A stretch of DNA of 64,000 nt, taken from NCBI GenBank assembly GCA_009914755.4, contig CP086569.2:61824001-61888000 (forward strand), in the 5' to 3' direction. The notes beneath the pieces were generated by a model, which did not search any database, was not told the origin of the DNA, and was given only the letters and a program-made list of their open reading frames with translations. This DNA comes from the human T2T-CHM13v2.0 reference genome, Homo sapiens. Positions 1 to 13,600 of the stretch are shown here, piece by piece (the stretch's first letter is position 1; the number at the start of each line of letters is the position of its first letter). A program made the position numbers and the translations under genes.

Positions 1-11
1 AATGGAATTGA

Positions 12-3000
12 ATGGAATGGAATAATATGAAATGGAATGGAAAGGAATGGAATGCACTTGAATTAAATGGACTGGAATGGAATGGACTCGAACGGAGTGG
101 AATGGAAAGGATTGAAATAGAATGGAATGGACTCCTTTGGAATGGTCTAGTATGCAATGCAAACGACTGGCAGGGAATCAAAAGGAATGTAATCGAATGG
201 ATTGGACTGGAATACAATGGACTCGAATACATTGGAAACGGAATGCAATGGAATGGAATGGAATAGTATGGAATGGAACGGAAAGGAATGAAGTAGAATG
301 GACTAGAGTGGAATGGAATGGACTCGAAAGCAATGGACTGGAATGGAACGATCTTGAATGGACCGGAATCAAACGGAACGGAATGCAATGCAAGGCAATC
401 AAATGGAATGGAATAAAAGAGAATGAAAGAGAATCAAATGCAATTGAATCGAATGGAATCGAATGGATTGGAAAGGAATAGAATGGAATGGAATGGAATT
501 GACTCAAATGGAATGGACTAGAACGGAATGGAGTCGAATGGAAAGCAAAGGAATGGAATCTATTGGAATGGACTGTAATGGAATGGCATGGAAGGGATTG
601 GAATGGACTCGAATGGAAAGGACTGCAATAGAAAGGATTCGAATGGAATGAAAAAGAATTGAATGGAATAGAACAGAATGGAATCAAATCGAATGAAATG
701 GAATGGAATAGAAAGGAATGGAATGAAATGGAATGGAAAGGATTCAAATGGAATGCAATCAAATGGAATGCAATCGAATGGAATGGAATCGAACGGAATG
801 GAATAAAATGGAAGGAAACTGGCAAGAAATGGAATCGAAATGAATGGAGGGTTATGGAACGGACTCCAAAGGAATTGAATGTAATAGAATGGAGTGGAGT
901 GGACTCGAATATAATGGACTGGAATGGAATGGAAACACATGGAATGGGAACGAATGGAATGGAATGGAATGGAATGGAATCGAATGGAAAGGAATCAAAT
1001 GGAAGGGAATGAAATTGAATCAACAGGAATGGAAGGGAATAGAATAGACTGTAATGGAATGGACTCGAATAGAATGGACACGAATGCTCAAATTGGATGG
1101 ACTCGAATGGAATGGAAACGAAAGGAATGTCATCGAATGGAATTGAATCGATTGGAATGAAATGGCATAGAATGGAGTGGAATGAAATGGAATTGAATCG
1201 AAAGGAAAGGAAGCGAATGGACTGAAATGAAATGGAATGGAATTGAATGGAAAGTAATGCAATGGAATAGAATGGAACGAAATTTCACGGAATGGAATCA
1301 AACAGAATGGAATCAAATCAATGGAATATAATCAAATGGAATGGAATGGAATGGAAAGGAATTGAATGGAATAGATTGGATAGGAAGGGATTGGAATGCA
1401 ATGGAATGGAAAGGACTCGAATTTCATGAAACGGAATGGAATGAATTGGAATGGAATGGACTCGAATGGAATGGAATGTCATGGAATGGCATCAAATGGA
1501 ATGGAATCAAATGGAATGGCATCGAATGCAATGGAATGTTATGGAATGGAATGGAATGTATTGGAATGGAATGTCCTCTAATGGAATGGATTCGAGTGGA
1601 ATGGAATCGAATATAATGAGGTCGAATGAAATGGAATTGAAAGGAATGGGATCGAATAGAATGGAATATACTGGAATGTAATGTAATGAAGTCGAATGTA
1701 ATTGACTGGAATGGAATGTGCATGAATGGAATGTAATCGAATGGAAAGTAATCCAATGAAATAGAATCTAATGCAATAAAACCGACTCAAATGGAATAGA
1801 ATGTAATGGAATGGAGTGCAGTGCAATGGAATGGAATGGAATGGAATGCAATGGAGTGGAATGGAATGGAATGGGATGGAATGGTATGGAATGGATAGTA
1901 AAGGACTGGAGTGAAATGGACTGTAAAGGAATGGACTCCAATTGAAAGGGCTCGAAAGGAATGGAGTCAAATGGAATGGTCTGGAATGGAATGAACTCGA
2001 ATGTAATGCAATCCAATAGAATGGAATCGAATGGAATGGAGTATAAAGAAATGGAATCGACGAGAATGGAAACAGATGGAATGGAATTGAAAGGAATGGA
2101 ATTGAATGGAATGGGCACGAATGGAATGAAATTGTATGGAATAGAAGAGAATAGAATGGAATGCAATGGATAAGAAAGGAATGGATTGGAATGGAAGGGA
2201 ATGTAGTGTAATGGACTGGCATGGAATAAACTGGAATGCTACGGTCTCAAATGGAATAAAAATGTATGGAATGGAATGCCATGAAATGGAATCGAATGTC
2301 ATAGAATGTAATGGAATGCAAAGAAATGGACTCCAAAATCATTGACTGGAAAGGCTGGGTGTCGAAAGGAATTGACTCCAATGGAATGGAATCGAATGGA
2401 ATGGAAGTGAATAGAATCGAACTAAATCGAATGGAATGGAATTGATAGGAACGGAATGGAAAGGAATGGAATGATTTGGCATGAAATGGAATCGAATGGA
2501 CTCGAATGGAATGGAATGGAATGCAATGGAATGGAATGTATTAGAATGTAGTGAACTTTAATGGAATGAACTCGAATGGATTCGACTGGAATGGAATGTT
2601 CTGGAAGTGAATGGACTCCAATGGAATGGATTCAAAAGGAATGGAATCGAAGGGAATGGAATCTAATGGAATGGAATGAAATGGAAAGGAATCCAATCGA
2701 ATAGCACGGAATTGAATTGAATGGAATCGAATGCAATGGAATCTAATGAAACGGAAAGGAAAGGAACGGAATGGCATGGAATGGGCTGGAATGGAATGGA
2801 ATCGAAACGAATGGAATGGAATCGAACTGAAGAGACTGGAATGGAATGCACTGGCATGGAAGGGAGTTTAATGGAAGGTTCTCGAAAAGACTGGAATGGA
2901 ATGGAATGGAATTGAATGGAACGGATATAGAGTCAAATGGAATTGAATGGAATGGAATGGAGTAGAGTGAAATGGAATCGAGTCACAAGGAATGGACAGG

Positions 3001-3546
3001 AATAGAACGGTCTCGAATTGAATGGAATCGTATGGAATGGAATTCAACGGAATGGAATGGACAGCCACGGAATGGAATGCACTCGAAAGCAATGGACTCG
3101 AAACTAATGGACTGGAATCGAATGGACTCGACTGGTACGGACTCCAATGGAATGGAATCGAATGGAATGGAATCGAACGGAATGGACTCGAAGTGATAAG
3201 AGTGCAATGGAAAGGTCTCGAATGGAATGGAAATTAATGGAATGGAATGGAATCGAATGAAATGGAGTCAAAAGGAATGGAATCGAATGGCAAGAAATCG
3301 AATGTAATGGAATCACAAGGAATGGATGTGAACGGAACGGAATGGAATGGAATCAAAAGGAATGGAATCGAATGGAATGGACACGAATGGAAATGACTCG
3401 AATAGAATGGAATTCAATAAAATACAATCAAATGTAATGGAATGGAATGGAAAGGAATCGAAACGAAAGGAATGGAGACAGATGGAATGGAATGGAACAG
3501 AGAGCAATGGTATATAATGGAATGGAATCATATGGAATGGAATTGA
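12..3546 (+). repeat. HOR copy 1, 3535 bp, class A1 (no 25-bp duplication; private variants shared with copy 4)
   Basis: Anchor ORF at 12. The 91-aa MEWNGKELNG... ORF at 1341 shows no insertion. NTW/MEWKHMEW variants at 844 and 924, MPVHSIPV at 2663, FMHIPF...IRPHY at 1424. Confidence 0.9.
2593..2607. promoter_or_regulatory. Perfect three-unit heat shock element motif nGAAnnTTCnnGAAn (GGAATGTTCTGGAAG). It is shown here for copy 1 and recurs once per HOR copy. Function is unproven.
   Basis: Direct read: g-GAA-tg-TTC-tg-GAA-g. Same motif at 6153, 9688, 13223, 16757, 20317, 23877, 27397, 30957, 34477, 38037, 41557, 45077, 48572 (variant GGAAGGTTCTGGAAG), 52066, 55620, 59175 and 62670. Confidence 0.3.
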
Positions 3547-6500
3547 ATGGAATGGAATAATATGAAATGGAATGGAAAGGAATGGAATGCACTGGAATTA
3601 AATGGACTGGAATGGAATGGACTCGAACGGAGTGGAATGGAAAGGATTGAAATAGAATGGAATGGACTCCTTTGGAATGGTCTAGTATGCAATGCAAACG
3701 ACTGGCAGGGAATCAAAAGGAATGTAATCGAATGTATTGGACTGGAATACAGTGGACTCGAATACATTGGAAACGGAATGCAATGGAATGGAATGGAATA
3801 GTATGGAATGGAACGGAAAGGAATGAAGTAGAATGGACTAGAGTGGAATGGAATGGACTCGAAAGCAATGGACTGGAATGGAACGATCTTGAATGGACCG
3901 GAATCAAACGGAACGGAATGCAATGCAAGGCAATGAAATGGAATGGAATAAAAGAGAATGAAAGAGAATCAAATGCAATTGAATCGAATGGAATCGAATG
4001 GATTGGAAAGGAATAGAATGGAATGGAACGGAATTGACTCAAATGGAATGGACTAGAGCGGAATGGAGTCGAATGGAAGGCAAAGGAATGGAATCTATTG
4101 GAATGGACTGTAATGGAATGGCATGGAAGGGATTGGAATGGACTCGAATGGAAAGGACTGCAATAGAAAGGATTCGAATGGAATGAAAAAGAATTGTATG
4201 GAATAGAACAGAATGGAATCAAATCGAATGAAATGGAATGGAATAGAAAGGAATGGAATGAAATGGAATGGAAAGGATTCAAATGGAATGCAATCAAATG
4301 GAATGCAATCGAATGGAATGGAATCGAACGGAATGGAATAAAATGGAAGGAAACTGGCAAGAAATGGAATCGAAATGAATGGAGTGTTATGGAACGGACT
4401 CCAAAGGAATTGAATGTAATAGAATGGAGTGGAGTGGACTCGAATATAATGGACTGGAATGGAATGGAATCACATGGAATGGGAACGAATGGAATGGAAT
4501 GGAAAGGAATGGAATCGAATGGAAAGGAGTCAAATGGAAGGGAATGAAATTGAATCAACAGGAATGGAAGGGAATAGAATAGACTGTAATGGAATGGACT
4601 CGAATAGAATGGACACGAATGCTCAAATTGGATGGACTCGAATGGAATGGAAACGAAAGGAATGTCATCGAATGGAATTGAATCGATTGGAATGAAATGG
4701 CATAGAATGGAGTGGAATGAAATGGAATTGAATCGAAAGGAAAGGAAGCGAATGGACTGAAATGAAATGGAATGGAATTGAATGGAAAGTAATGCAATGG
4801 AATAGAATGGAACGAAATTTCACGGAATGGAATCAAACAGAATGGAATCAAATCAATGGAATATAATCAAATGGAATGGAATGGAATGGAAAGGAATTGA
4901 ATGGAATAGATTGGATAGGAAGGGGTTGGAATGCAATGGAATGGAAAGGACTCGAATTTCATGAAACGGAATGGAATGAATTGGAATGGAATGGACTCGA
5001 ATGGAATGGAATGTCATGGAATGGCATAGAATGGAATGTCATGGAATGGCATCAAATGGAATGGAATCAAATGGAATGGCATCGAATGCAATGGAATGTT
5101 ATGGAATGGAATGGAATGTATTGGAATGGAATGTCCTCTAATGGAATGGATTCGAGTGGAATGGAATCGAATATAATGGAGTCGAATGAAATGGAATTGA
5201 AAGGAATGGGATCGAATAGAATGGAATATACTGGAATGTAATGTAATGAAGTCGAATGTAATTGACTGGAATGGAATGTACATGAATGGAATGTAATCGA
5301 ATGGAAAGTAATCCAATGAAATAGAATCTAATGCAATAAAACCGACTCAAATGGAATAGAATGTAATGGAATGGAGTGCAGTGCAATGGAATGGAATGGA
5401 ATGGAATGGAATGGAGTGGAATGGAATGGAATGGGATGGAATGGTATGGAATGGATAGTAAAGGACTGGAGTGAAATGGACTGTAAAGGAATGGACTCCA
5501 ATTGAAAGGGCTCGAAAGGAATGGAGTCAAATGGAATGGTCTGGAATGGAATGAACTCGAATGTAATGCAATCCAATAGAATGGAATCGAATGGAATGGA
5601 ATATAAAGAAATGGAATCGACGAGAATGGAAACAGATGGAATGGAATTGAAAGGAATGGAATTGAATGGAATGGGCACGAATGGAATGAAATTGTATGGA
5701 ATAGAAGAGAATAGAATGGAATGCAATGGATAAGAAAGGAATGGATTGGAATGGAAGGGAATGTAGTGTAATGGACTGGCATGGAATAAACTGGAATGCT
5801 ATGGTCTCAAATGGAATAAAAATGTATGGAATGGAATGCCATGAAATGGAATCGAATGTCATAGAATGTAATGGAATGCAAAGAAATGGACTCCAAAATC
5901 ATTGACTGGAAAGGCTGGGTGTCGAAAGGAATTGACTCCAATGGAATGGAATCGAATGGAATGGAAGTGAATAGAATCGAACTAAATCGAATAGAATGGA
6001 ATTGATAGGAACGGAATGGAAAGGAATGGAATGATTTGGCATGGAATGGAATCGAATGGACTCGAATGGAATGGAATGGAATGCAATGGAATGGAATGTA
6101 TTAGAATGTAGTGAACTTTAATGGAATGAACTCGAATGGATTCGACTGGAATGGAATGTTCTGGAAGTGAATGGACTCCAATGGAATGGATTCAAAAGGA
6201 ATGGAATCGAAGGGAATGGAATCTAATGGAATGGAATGAAATGGAAAGGAATCCAATCGAATAGCACGGAATTGAATTGAATGGAATCGAATGCAATGGA
6301 ATCTAATGAAACGGAAAGGAAAGGAACGGAATGGCATGGAATGGGCTGGAATGGAATGGAATCGAGACGAATGTAATGGAATCGAACTGAAGAGACTGGA
6401 ATGGAAGGCACTGGCATGGAAGGGAGTTTAATGGAAGGTTCTCGAAAAGACTGGAATGGAATGGAATGGAATTGAATGGAACGGATATAGAGTCAAATGG

Positions 6501-7106
6501 AATTGAATGGAATGGAATGGAGTAGAGTGAAATGGAATCGAGTCACAAGGAATGGACAGGAATAGAACGGTCTCGAATTGAATGGAATCGTATGGAATGG
6601 AATTCAACGGAATGGAATGGACAGCCACGGAATGGAATGCACTCGAAAGCAATGGACTCGAAACTAATGGACTGGAATCGAATGGACTCGACTGGTACGG
6701 ACTCCAATGGAATGGAATCGAATGGAATTGAATCGTACGGAATGGACTCGAAGTGATAAGAGTGCAATGGAAAGGTCTCGAATGGAATGGAAATTAATGG
6801 AATGGAATGGAATCGAATGAAATGGAGTCAAAAGGAATGGAATCGAATGGCAAGAAATCGAATGTAATGGAATCACAAGGAATGGATGTGAACGGAACGG
6901 AATGGAATGGAATCAAAAGGAATGGAATCGAATGGAATGGACTCGAATGGAAATGACTCGAATAGAATGGAATTCAACAAAATAGAATCAAATGTAATGG
7001 AATGGAATGGAAAGGAATCGAAACGAAAGGAATGGAGACAGATGGAATGGAATAGAACAGAGAGCAATGGTATAGAATGGAATGGAATCATATGGAATGG
7101 AATTGA
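3547..7106 (+). repeat. HOR copy 2, 3560 bp, class B (25-bp tandem duplication at 5008-5052; MYGIEQ and MYWTG variants)
   Basis: Anchor ORF at 3547. The MEWNGKELNG ORF at 4876 is extended to 121 aa by the in-frame 25-bp insertion. gaattgtatgg at 4194. Confidence 0.9.
5008..5052 (+). repeat. 25-bp tandem duplication (ggaatgtcatggaatggcat + agaat, then a second ggaatgtcatggaatggcat) that defines class B HOR copies
   Basis: Copy A at 5008-5027, spacer agaat at 5028-5032, copy B at 5033-5052. Copy 1 has a single copy at 1468-1487. The same duplication is present in copies 6, 7, 9 and 11 (121-aa ORFs at 19040, 22600, 29680, 36760). Confidence 0.9.
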
Positions 7107-10100
7107 ATGGAATGGAATAATATGAAATGGAATGGAAAGGAATGGAATGCACTTGAATTAAATGGACTGGAATGGAATGGACTCGAACGGAGTGGAATGG
7201 AAAGGATTGAAATAGAATGGAATGGACTCCTTTGGAATGGTCTAGTATGCAATGCAAACGACTGGCAGGGAATCAAAAGGAATGTAATCGAATGGATTGG
7301 ACTGGAATACAATGGACTCGAATACATTGGAAACGGAATGCAATGGAATGGAATGGAATAGTATGGAATGGAACGGAAAGGAATGAAGTAGAATGGACTA
7401 GAGTGGAATGGAATGGACTCGAAAGCAATGGACTGGAATGGAACGATCTTGAATGGACCGGAATCAAACGGAACGGAATGCAATGCAAGGCAATCAAATG
7501 GAATGGAATAAAAGAGAATGAAAGAGAATCAAATGCAATTGAATCGAATGGAATCGAATGGATTGGAAAGGAATAGAATGGAATGGAATGGAATTGACTC
7601 AAATGGAATGGACTAGAACGGAATGGAGTCGAATGGAAGGCAAAGGAATGGAATCTATTGGAATGGACTGTAATGGAATGGCATGGAAGGGATTGGAATG
7701 GACTCGAATGGAAAGGACTGCAATAGAAAGGATTCGAATGGAATGAAAAAGAATTGAATGGAATAGAACAGAATGGAATCAAATCGAATGAAATGGAATG
7801 GAATAGAAAGGAATGGAATGAAATGGAATGGAAAGGATTCAAATGGAATGCAATCAAATGGAATGCAATCGAATGGAATGGAATCGAACGGAATGGAATA
7901 AAATGGAAGGAAACTGGCAAGAAATGGAATCGAAATGAATGGAGGGTTATGGAACGGACTCCAAAGGAATTGAATGTAATAGAATGGAGTGGAGTGGACT
8001 CGAATATAATGGACTGGAATGGAATGGAATCACATGGAATGGGAACGAATGGAATGGAATGGAAAGGAATGGAATCGAATGGAAAGGAATCAAATGGAAG
8101 GGAATGAAATTGAATCAACAGGAATGGAAGGGAATAGAATAGACTGTAATGGAATGGACTCGAATAGAATGGACACGAATGCTCAAATTGGATGGACTCG
8201 AATGGAATGGAAACGAAAGGAATGTCATCGAATGGAATTGAATCGATTGGAATGAAATGGCATAGAATGGAGTGGAATCAAATGGAATTGAATCGAAAGG
8301 AAAGGAAGCGAATGGACTGAAATGAAATGGAATGGAATTGAATGGAAAGTAATGCAATGGAATAGAATGGAACGAAATTTCACGGAATGGAATCAAACAG
8401 AATGGAATCAAATCAATGGAATATAATCAAATGGAATGGAATGGAATGGAAAGGAATTGAATGGAATAGATTGGATAGGAAGGGATTGGAATGCAATGGA
8501 ATGGAAAGGACTCGAATTTCATGAAACGGAATGGAATGAATTGGAATGGAATGGACTCGAATGGAATGGAATGTCATGGAATGGCATCAAATGGAATGGA
8601 ATCAAATGGAATGGCATCGAATGCAATGGAATGTTATGGAATGGAATGGAATGTATTGGAATGGAATGTCCTCTAATGGAATGGATTCGAGTGGAATGGA
8701 ATCGAATATAATGGAGTCGAATGAAATGGAATTGAAAGGAATGGGATCGAATAGAATGGAATATACTGGAATGTAATGTAATGAAGTCGAATGTAATTGA
8801 CTGGAATGGAATGTACATGAATGGAATGTAATCGAATGGAAAGTAATCCAATGAAATAGAATCTAATGCAATAAAACCGACTCAAATGGAATAGAATGTA
8901 ATGGAATGGAGTGCAGTGCAATGGAATGGAATGGAATGGAATGCAATGGAGTGGAATGGAATGGAATGGGATGGAATGGTATGGAATGGATAGTAAAGGA
9001 CTGGAGTGAAATGGACTGTAAAGGAATGGACTCCAATTGAAAGGGCTCGAAAGGAATGGAGTCAAATGGAATGGTCTGGAATGGAATGAACTCGAATGTA
9101 ATGCAATCCAATAGAATGGAATCGAATGGAATGGAATATAAAGAAATGGAATCGACGAGAATGGAAACAGATGGAATGGAATTGAAAGGAATGGAATTGA
9201 ATGGAATGGGCACGAATGGAATGAAATTGTATGGAATAGAAGAGAATAGAATGGAATGCAATGGATAAGAAAGGAATGGATTGGAATGGAAGGGAATGTA
9301 GTGTAATGGACTGGCATGGAATAAACTGGAATGCTATGGTCTCAAATGGAATAAAAATGTATGGAATGGAATGCCATGAAATGGAATCGAATGTCATAGA
9401 ATGTAATGGAATGCAAAGAAATGGACTCCAAAATCATTGACTGGAAAGGCTGGGTGTCGAAAGGAATTGACTCCAATGGAATGGAATCGAATGGAATGGA
9501 AGTGAATAGAATCGAACTAAATCGAATAGAATGGAATTGATAGGAACGGAATGGAAAGGAATGGAATGATTTGGCATGGAATGGAATCGAATGGACTCGA
9601 ATGGAATGGAATGGAATGCAATGGAATGGAATGTATTAGAATGTAGTGAACTTTAATGGAATGAACTCGAATGGATTCGACTGGAATGGAATGTTCTGGA
9701 AGTGAATGGACTCCAATGGAATGGATTCAAAAGGAATGGAATCGAAGGGAATGGAATCTAATGGAATGGAATGAAATGGAAAGGAATCCAATCGAATAGC
9801 ACGGAATTGAATTGAATGGAATCGAATGCAATGGAATCTAATGAAACGGAAAGGAAAGGAACGGAATGGCATGGAATGGGCTGGAATGGAATGGAATCGA
9901 GACGAATGTAATGGAATCGAACTGAAGAGACTGGAATGGAAGGCACTGGCATGGAAGGGAGTTTAATGGAAGGTTCTCGAAAAGACTGGAATGGAATGGA
10001 ATGGAATTGAATGGAACGGATATAGAGTCAAATGGAATTGAATGGAATGGAATGGAGTAGAGTGAAATGGAATCGAGTCACAAGGAATGGACAGGAATAG

Positions 10101-10641
10101 AACGGTCTCGAATTGAATGGAATCGTATGGAATGGAATTCAACGGAATGGAATGGACAGCCACGGAATGGAATGCACTCGAAAGCAATGGACTCGAAACT
10201 AATGGACTGGAATCGAATGGACTCGACTGGTACGGACTCCAATGGAATGGAATCGAATGGAATTGAATCGTACGGAATGGACTCGAAGTGATAAGAGTGC
10301 AATGGAAAGGTCTCGAATGGAATGGAAATTAATGGAATGGAATGGAATCGAATGAAATGGAGTCAAAAGGAATGGAATCGAATGGCAAGAAATCGAATGT
10401 AATGGAATCACAAGGAATGGATGTGAACGGAACGGAATGGAATGGAATCAAAAGGAATGGAATCGAATGGAATGGACTCGAATGGAAATGACTCGAATAG
10501 AATGGAATTCAACAAAATAGAATCAAATGTAATGGAATGGAATGGAAAGGAATGGAAACGAAAGGAATGGAGACAGATGGAATGGAATAGAACAGAGAGC
10601 AATGGTATAGAATGGAATGGAATCATATGGAATGGAATTGA
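7107..10641 (+). repeat. HOR copy 3, 3535 bp, class A2
   Basis: Anchor ORF at 7107. No 25-bp duplication (ORF at 8436 is 91 aa). ITWNGNEWNGMERNG variant at 7939. IPFDSTPF variant at 8115-8411. Confidence 0.9.
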
Positions 10642-13600
10642 ATGGAATGGAATAATATGAAATGGAATGGAAAGGAATGGAATGCACTTGAATTAAATGG
10701 ACTGGAATGGAATGGACTCGAACGGAGTGGAATGGAAAGGATTGAAATAGAATGGAATGGACTCCTTTGGAATGGTCTAGTATGCAATGCAAACGACTGG
10801 CAGGGAATCAAAAGGAATGTAATCGAATGGATTGGACTGGAATACAATGGACTCGAATACATTGGAAACGGAATGCAATGGAATGGAATGGAATAGTATG
10901 GAATGGAACGGAAAGGAATGAAGTAGAATGGACTAGAGTGGAATGGAATGGACTCGAAAGCAATGGACTGGAATGGAACGATCTTGAATGGACCGGAATC
11001 AAACGGAACGGAATGCAATGCAAGGCAATCAAATGGAATGGAATAAAAGAGAATGAAAGAGAATCAAATGCAATTGAATCGAATGGAATCGAATGGATTG
11101 GAAAGGAATAGAATGGAATGGAATGGAATTGACTCAAATGGAATGGACTAGAACGGAATGGAGTCGAATGGAAGGCAAAGGAATGGAATCTATTGGAATG
11201 GACTGTAATGGAATGGCATGGAAGGGATTGGAATGGACTCGAATGGAAAGGACTGCAATAGAAAGGATTCGAATGGAATGAAAAAGAATTGAATGGAATA
11301 GAACAGAATGGAATCAAATCGAATGAAATGGAATGGAATAGAAAGGAATGGAATGAAATGGAATGGAAAGGATTCAAATGGAATGCAATCAAATGGAATG
11401 CAATCGAATGCAATGGAATCGAACGGAATGGAATAAAATGGAAGGAAACTGGCAAGAAATGGAATCGAAATGAATGGAGGGTTATGGAACGGACTCCAAA
11501 GGAATTGAATGTAATAGAATGGAGTGGAGTGGACTCGAATATAATGGACTGGAATGGAATGGAAACACATGGAATGGGAACGAATGGAATGGAATGGAAT
11601 GGAATGGAATCGAATGGAAAGGAATCAAATGGAAGGGAATGAAATTGAATCAACAGGAATGGAAGGGAATAGAATAGACTGTAATGGAATGGACTCGAAT
11701 AGAATGGACACGAATGCTCAAATTGGATGGACTCGAATGGAATGGAAACGAAAGGAATGTCATCGAATGGAATTGAATCGATTGGAATGAAATGGCATAG
11801 AATGGAGTGGAATGAAATGGAATTGAATCGAAAGGAAAGGAAGCGAATGGACTGAAATGAAATGGAATGGAATTGAATGGAAAGTAATGCAATGGAATAG
11901 AATGGAACGAAATTTCACGGAATGGAATCAAACAGAATGGAATCAAATCAATGGAATATAATCAAATGGAATGGAATGGAATGGAAAGGAATTGAATGGA
12001 ATAGATTGGATAGGAAGGGATTGGAATGCAATGGAATGGAAAGGACTCGAATTTCATGAAACGGAATGGAATGAATTGGAATGGAATGGACTCGAATGGA
12101 ATGGAATGTCATGGAATGGCATCAAATGGAATGGAATCAAATGGAATGGCATCGAATGCAATGGAATGTTATGGAATGGAATGGAATGTATTGGAATGGA
12201 ATGTCCTCTAATGGAATGGATTCGAGTGGAATGGAATCGAATATAATGAGGTCGAATGAAATGGAATTGAAAGGAATGGGATCGAATAGAATGGAATATA
12301 CTGGAATGTAATGTAATGAAGTCGAATGTAATTGACTGGAATGGAATGTGCATGAATGGAATGTAATCGAATGGAAAGTAATCCAATGAAATAGAATCTA
12401 ATGCAATAAAACCGACTCAAATGGAATAGAATGTAATGGAATGGAGTGCAGTGCAATGGAATGGAATGGAATGGAATGCAATGGAGTGGAATGGAATGGA
12501 ATGGGATGGAATGGTATGGAATGGATAGTAAAGGACTGGAGTGAAATGGACTGTAAAGGAATGGACTCCAATTGAAAGGGCTCAAAAGGAATGGAGTCAA
12601 ATGGAATGGTCTGGAATGGAATGAACTCGAATGTAATGCAATCCAATAGAATGGAATCGAATGGAATGGAATATAAAGAAATGGAATCGACGAGAATGGA
12701 AACAGATGGAATGGAATTGAAAGGAATGGAATTGAATGGAATGGGCACGAATGGAATGAAATTGTATGGAATAGAAGAGAATAGAATGGAATGCAATGGA
12801 TAAGAAAGGAATGGATTGGAATGGAAGGGAATGTAGTGTAATGGACTGGCATGGAATAAACTGGAATGCTACGGTCTCAAATGGAATAAAAATGTATGGA
12901 ATGGAATGCCATGAAACGGAATCGAATGTCATAGAATGTAATGGAATGCAAAGAAATGGACTCCAAAATCATTGACTGGAAAGGCTGGGTGTCGAAAGGA
13001 ATTGACTCCAATGGAATGGAATCGAATGGAATGGAAGTGAATAGAATCGAACTAAATCGAATGGAATGGAATTGATAGGAACGGAATGGAAAGGAATGGA
13101 ATGATTTGGCATGGAATGGAATCGAATGGACTCGAATGGAATGGAATGGAATGCAATGGAATGGAATGTATTAGAATGTAGTGAACTTTAATGGAATGAA
13201 CTCGAATGGATTCGACTGGAATGGAATGTTCTGGAAGTGAATGGACTCCAATGGAATGGATTCAAAAGGAATGGAATCGAAGGGAATGGAATCTAATGGA
13301 ATGGAATGAAATGGAAAGGAATCCAATCGAATAGCACGGAATTGAATTGAATGGAATCGAATGCAATGGAATCTAATGAAACGGAAAGGAAAGGAACGGA
13401 ATGGCATGGAATGGGCTGGAATGGAATGGAATCGAAACGAATGGAATGGAATCGAACTGAAGAGACTGGAATGGAATGCACTGGCATGGAAGGGAGTTTA
13501 ATGGAAGGTTCTCGAAAAGACTGGAAACGAATGGAATGGAATTGAATGGAACGGATATAGAGTCAAATGGAATTGAATGGAATGGAATGGAGTAGAGTGA

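Noticed and set aside
1279-1286. Two-unit HSE-like pairs (cGAAatTTCa and tTTCatGAAa at ~1432-1441) as regulatory sites
   Set aside because: Dimeric nGAAn pairs are weak HSF sites and are expected by chance wherever a TTC falls in pentamer phase. Only the three-unit motif was kept as a finding, and that one at low functional confidence.
3041-3046. EcoRI (gaattc) and many HinfI/TaqI (gaatc/gactc, tcga) sites as possibly meaningful signals
   Set aside because: They are trivial consequences of the variant pentamers AATTC, AATCG and GGACT. They are useful only as restriction landmarks, not as biological features.
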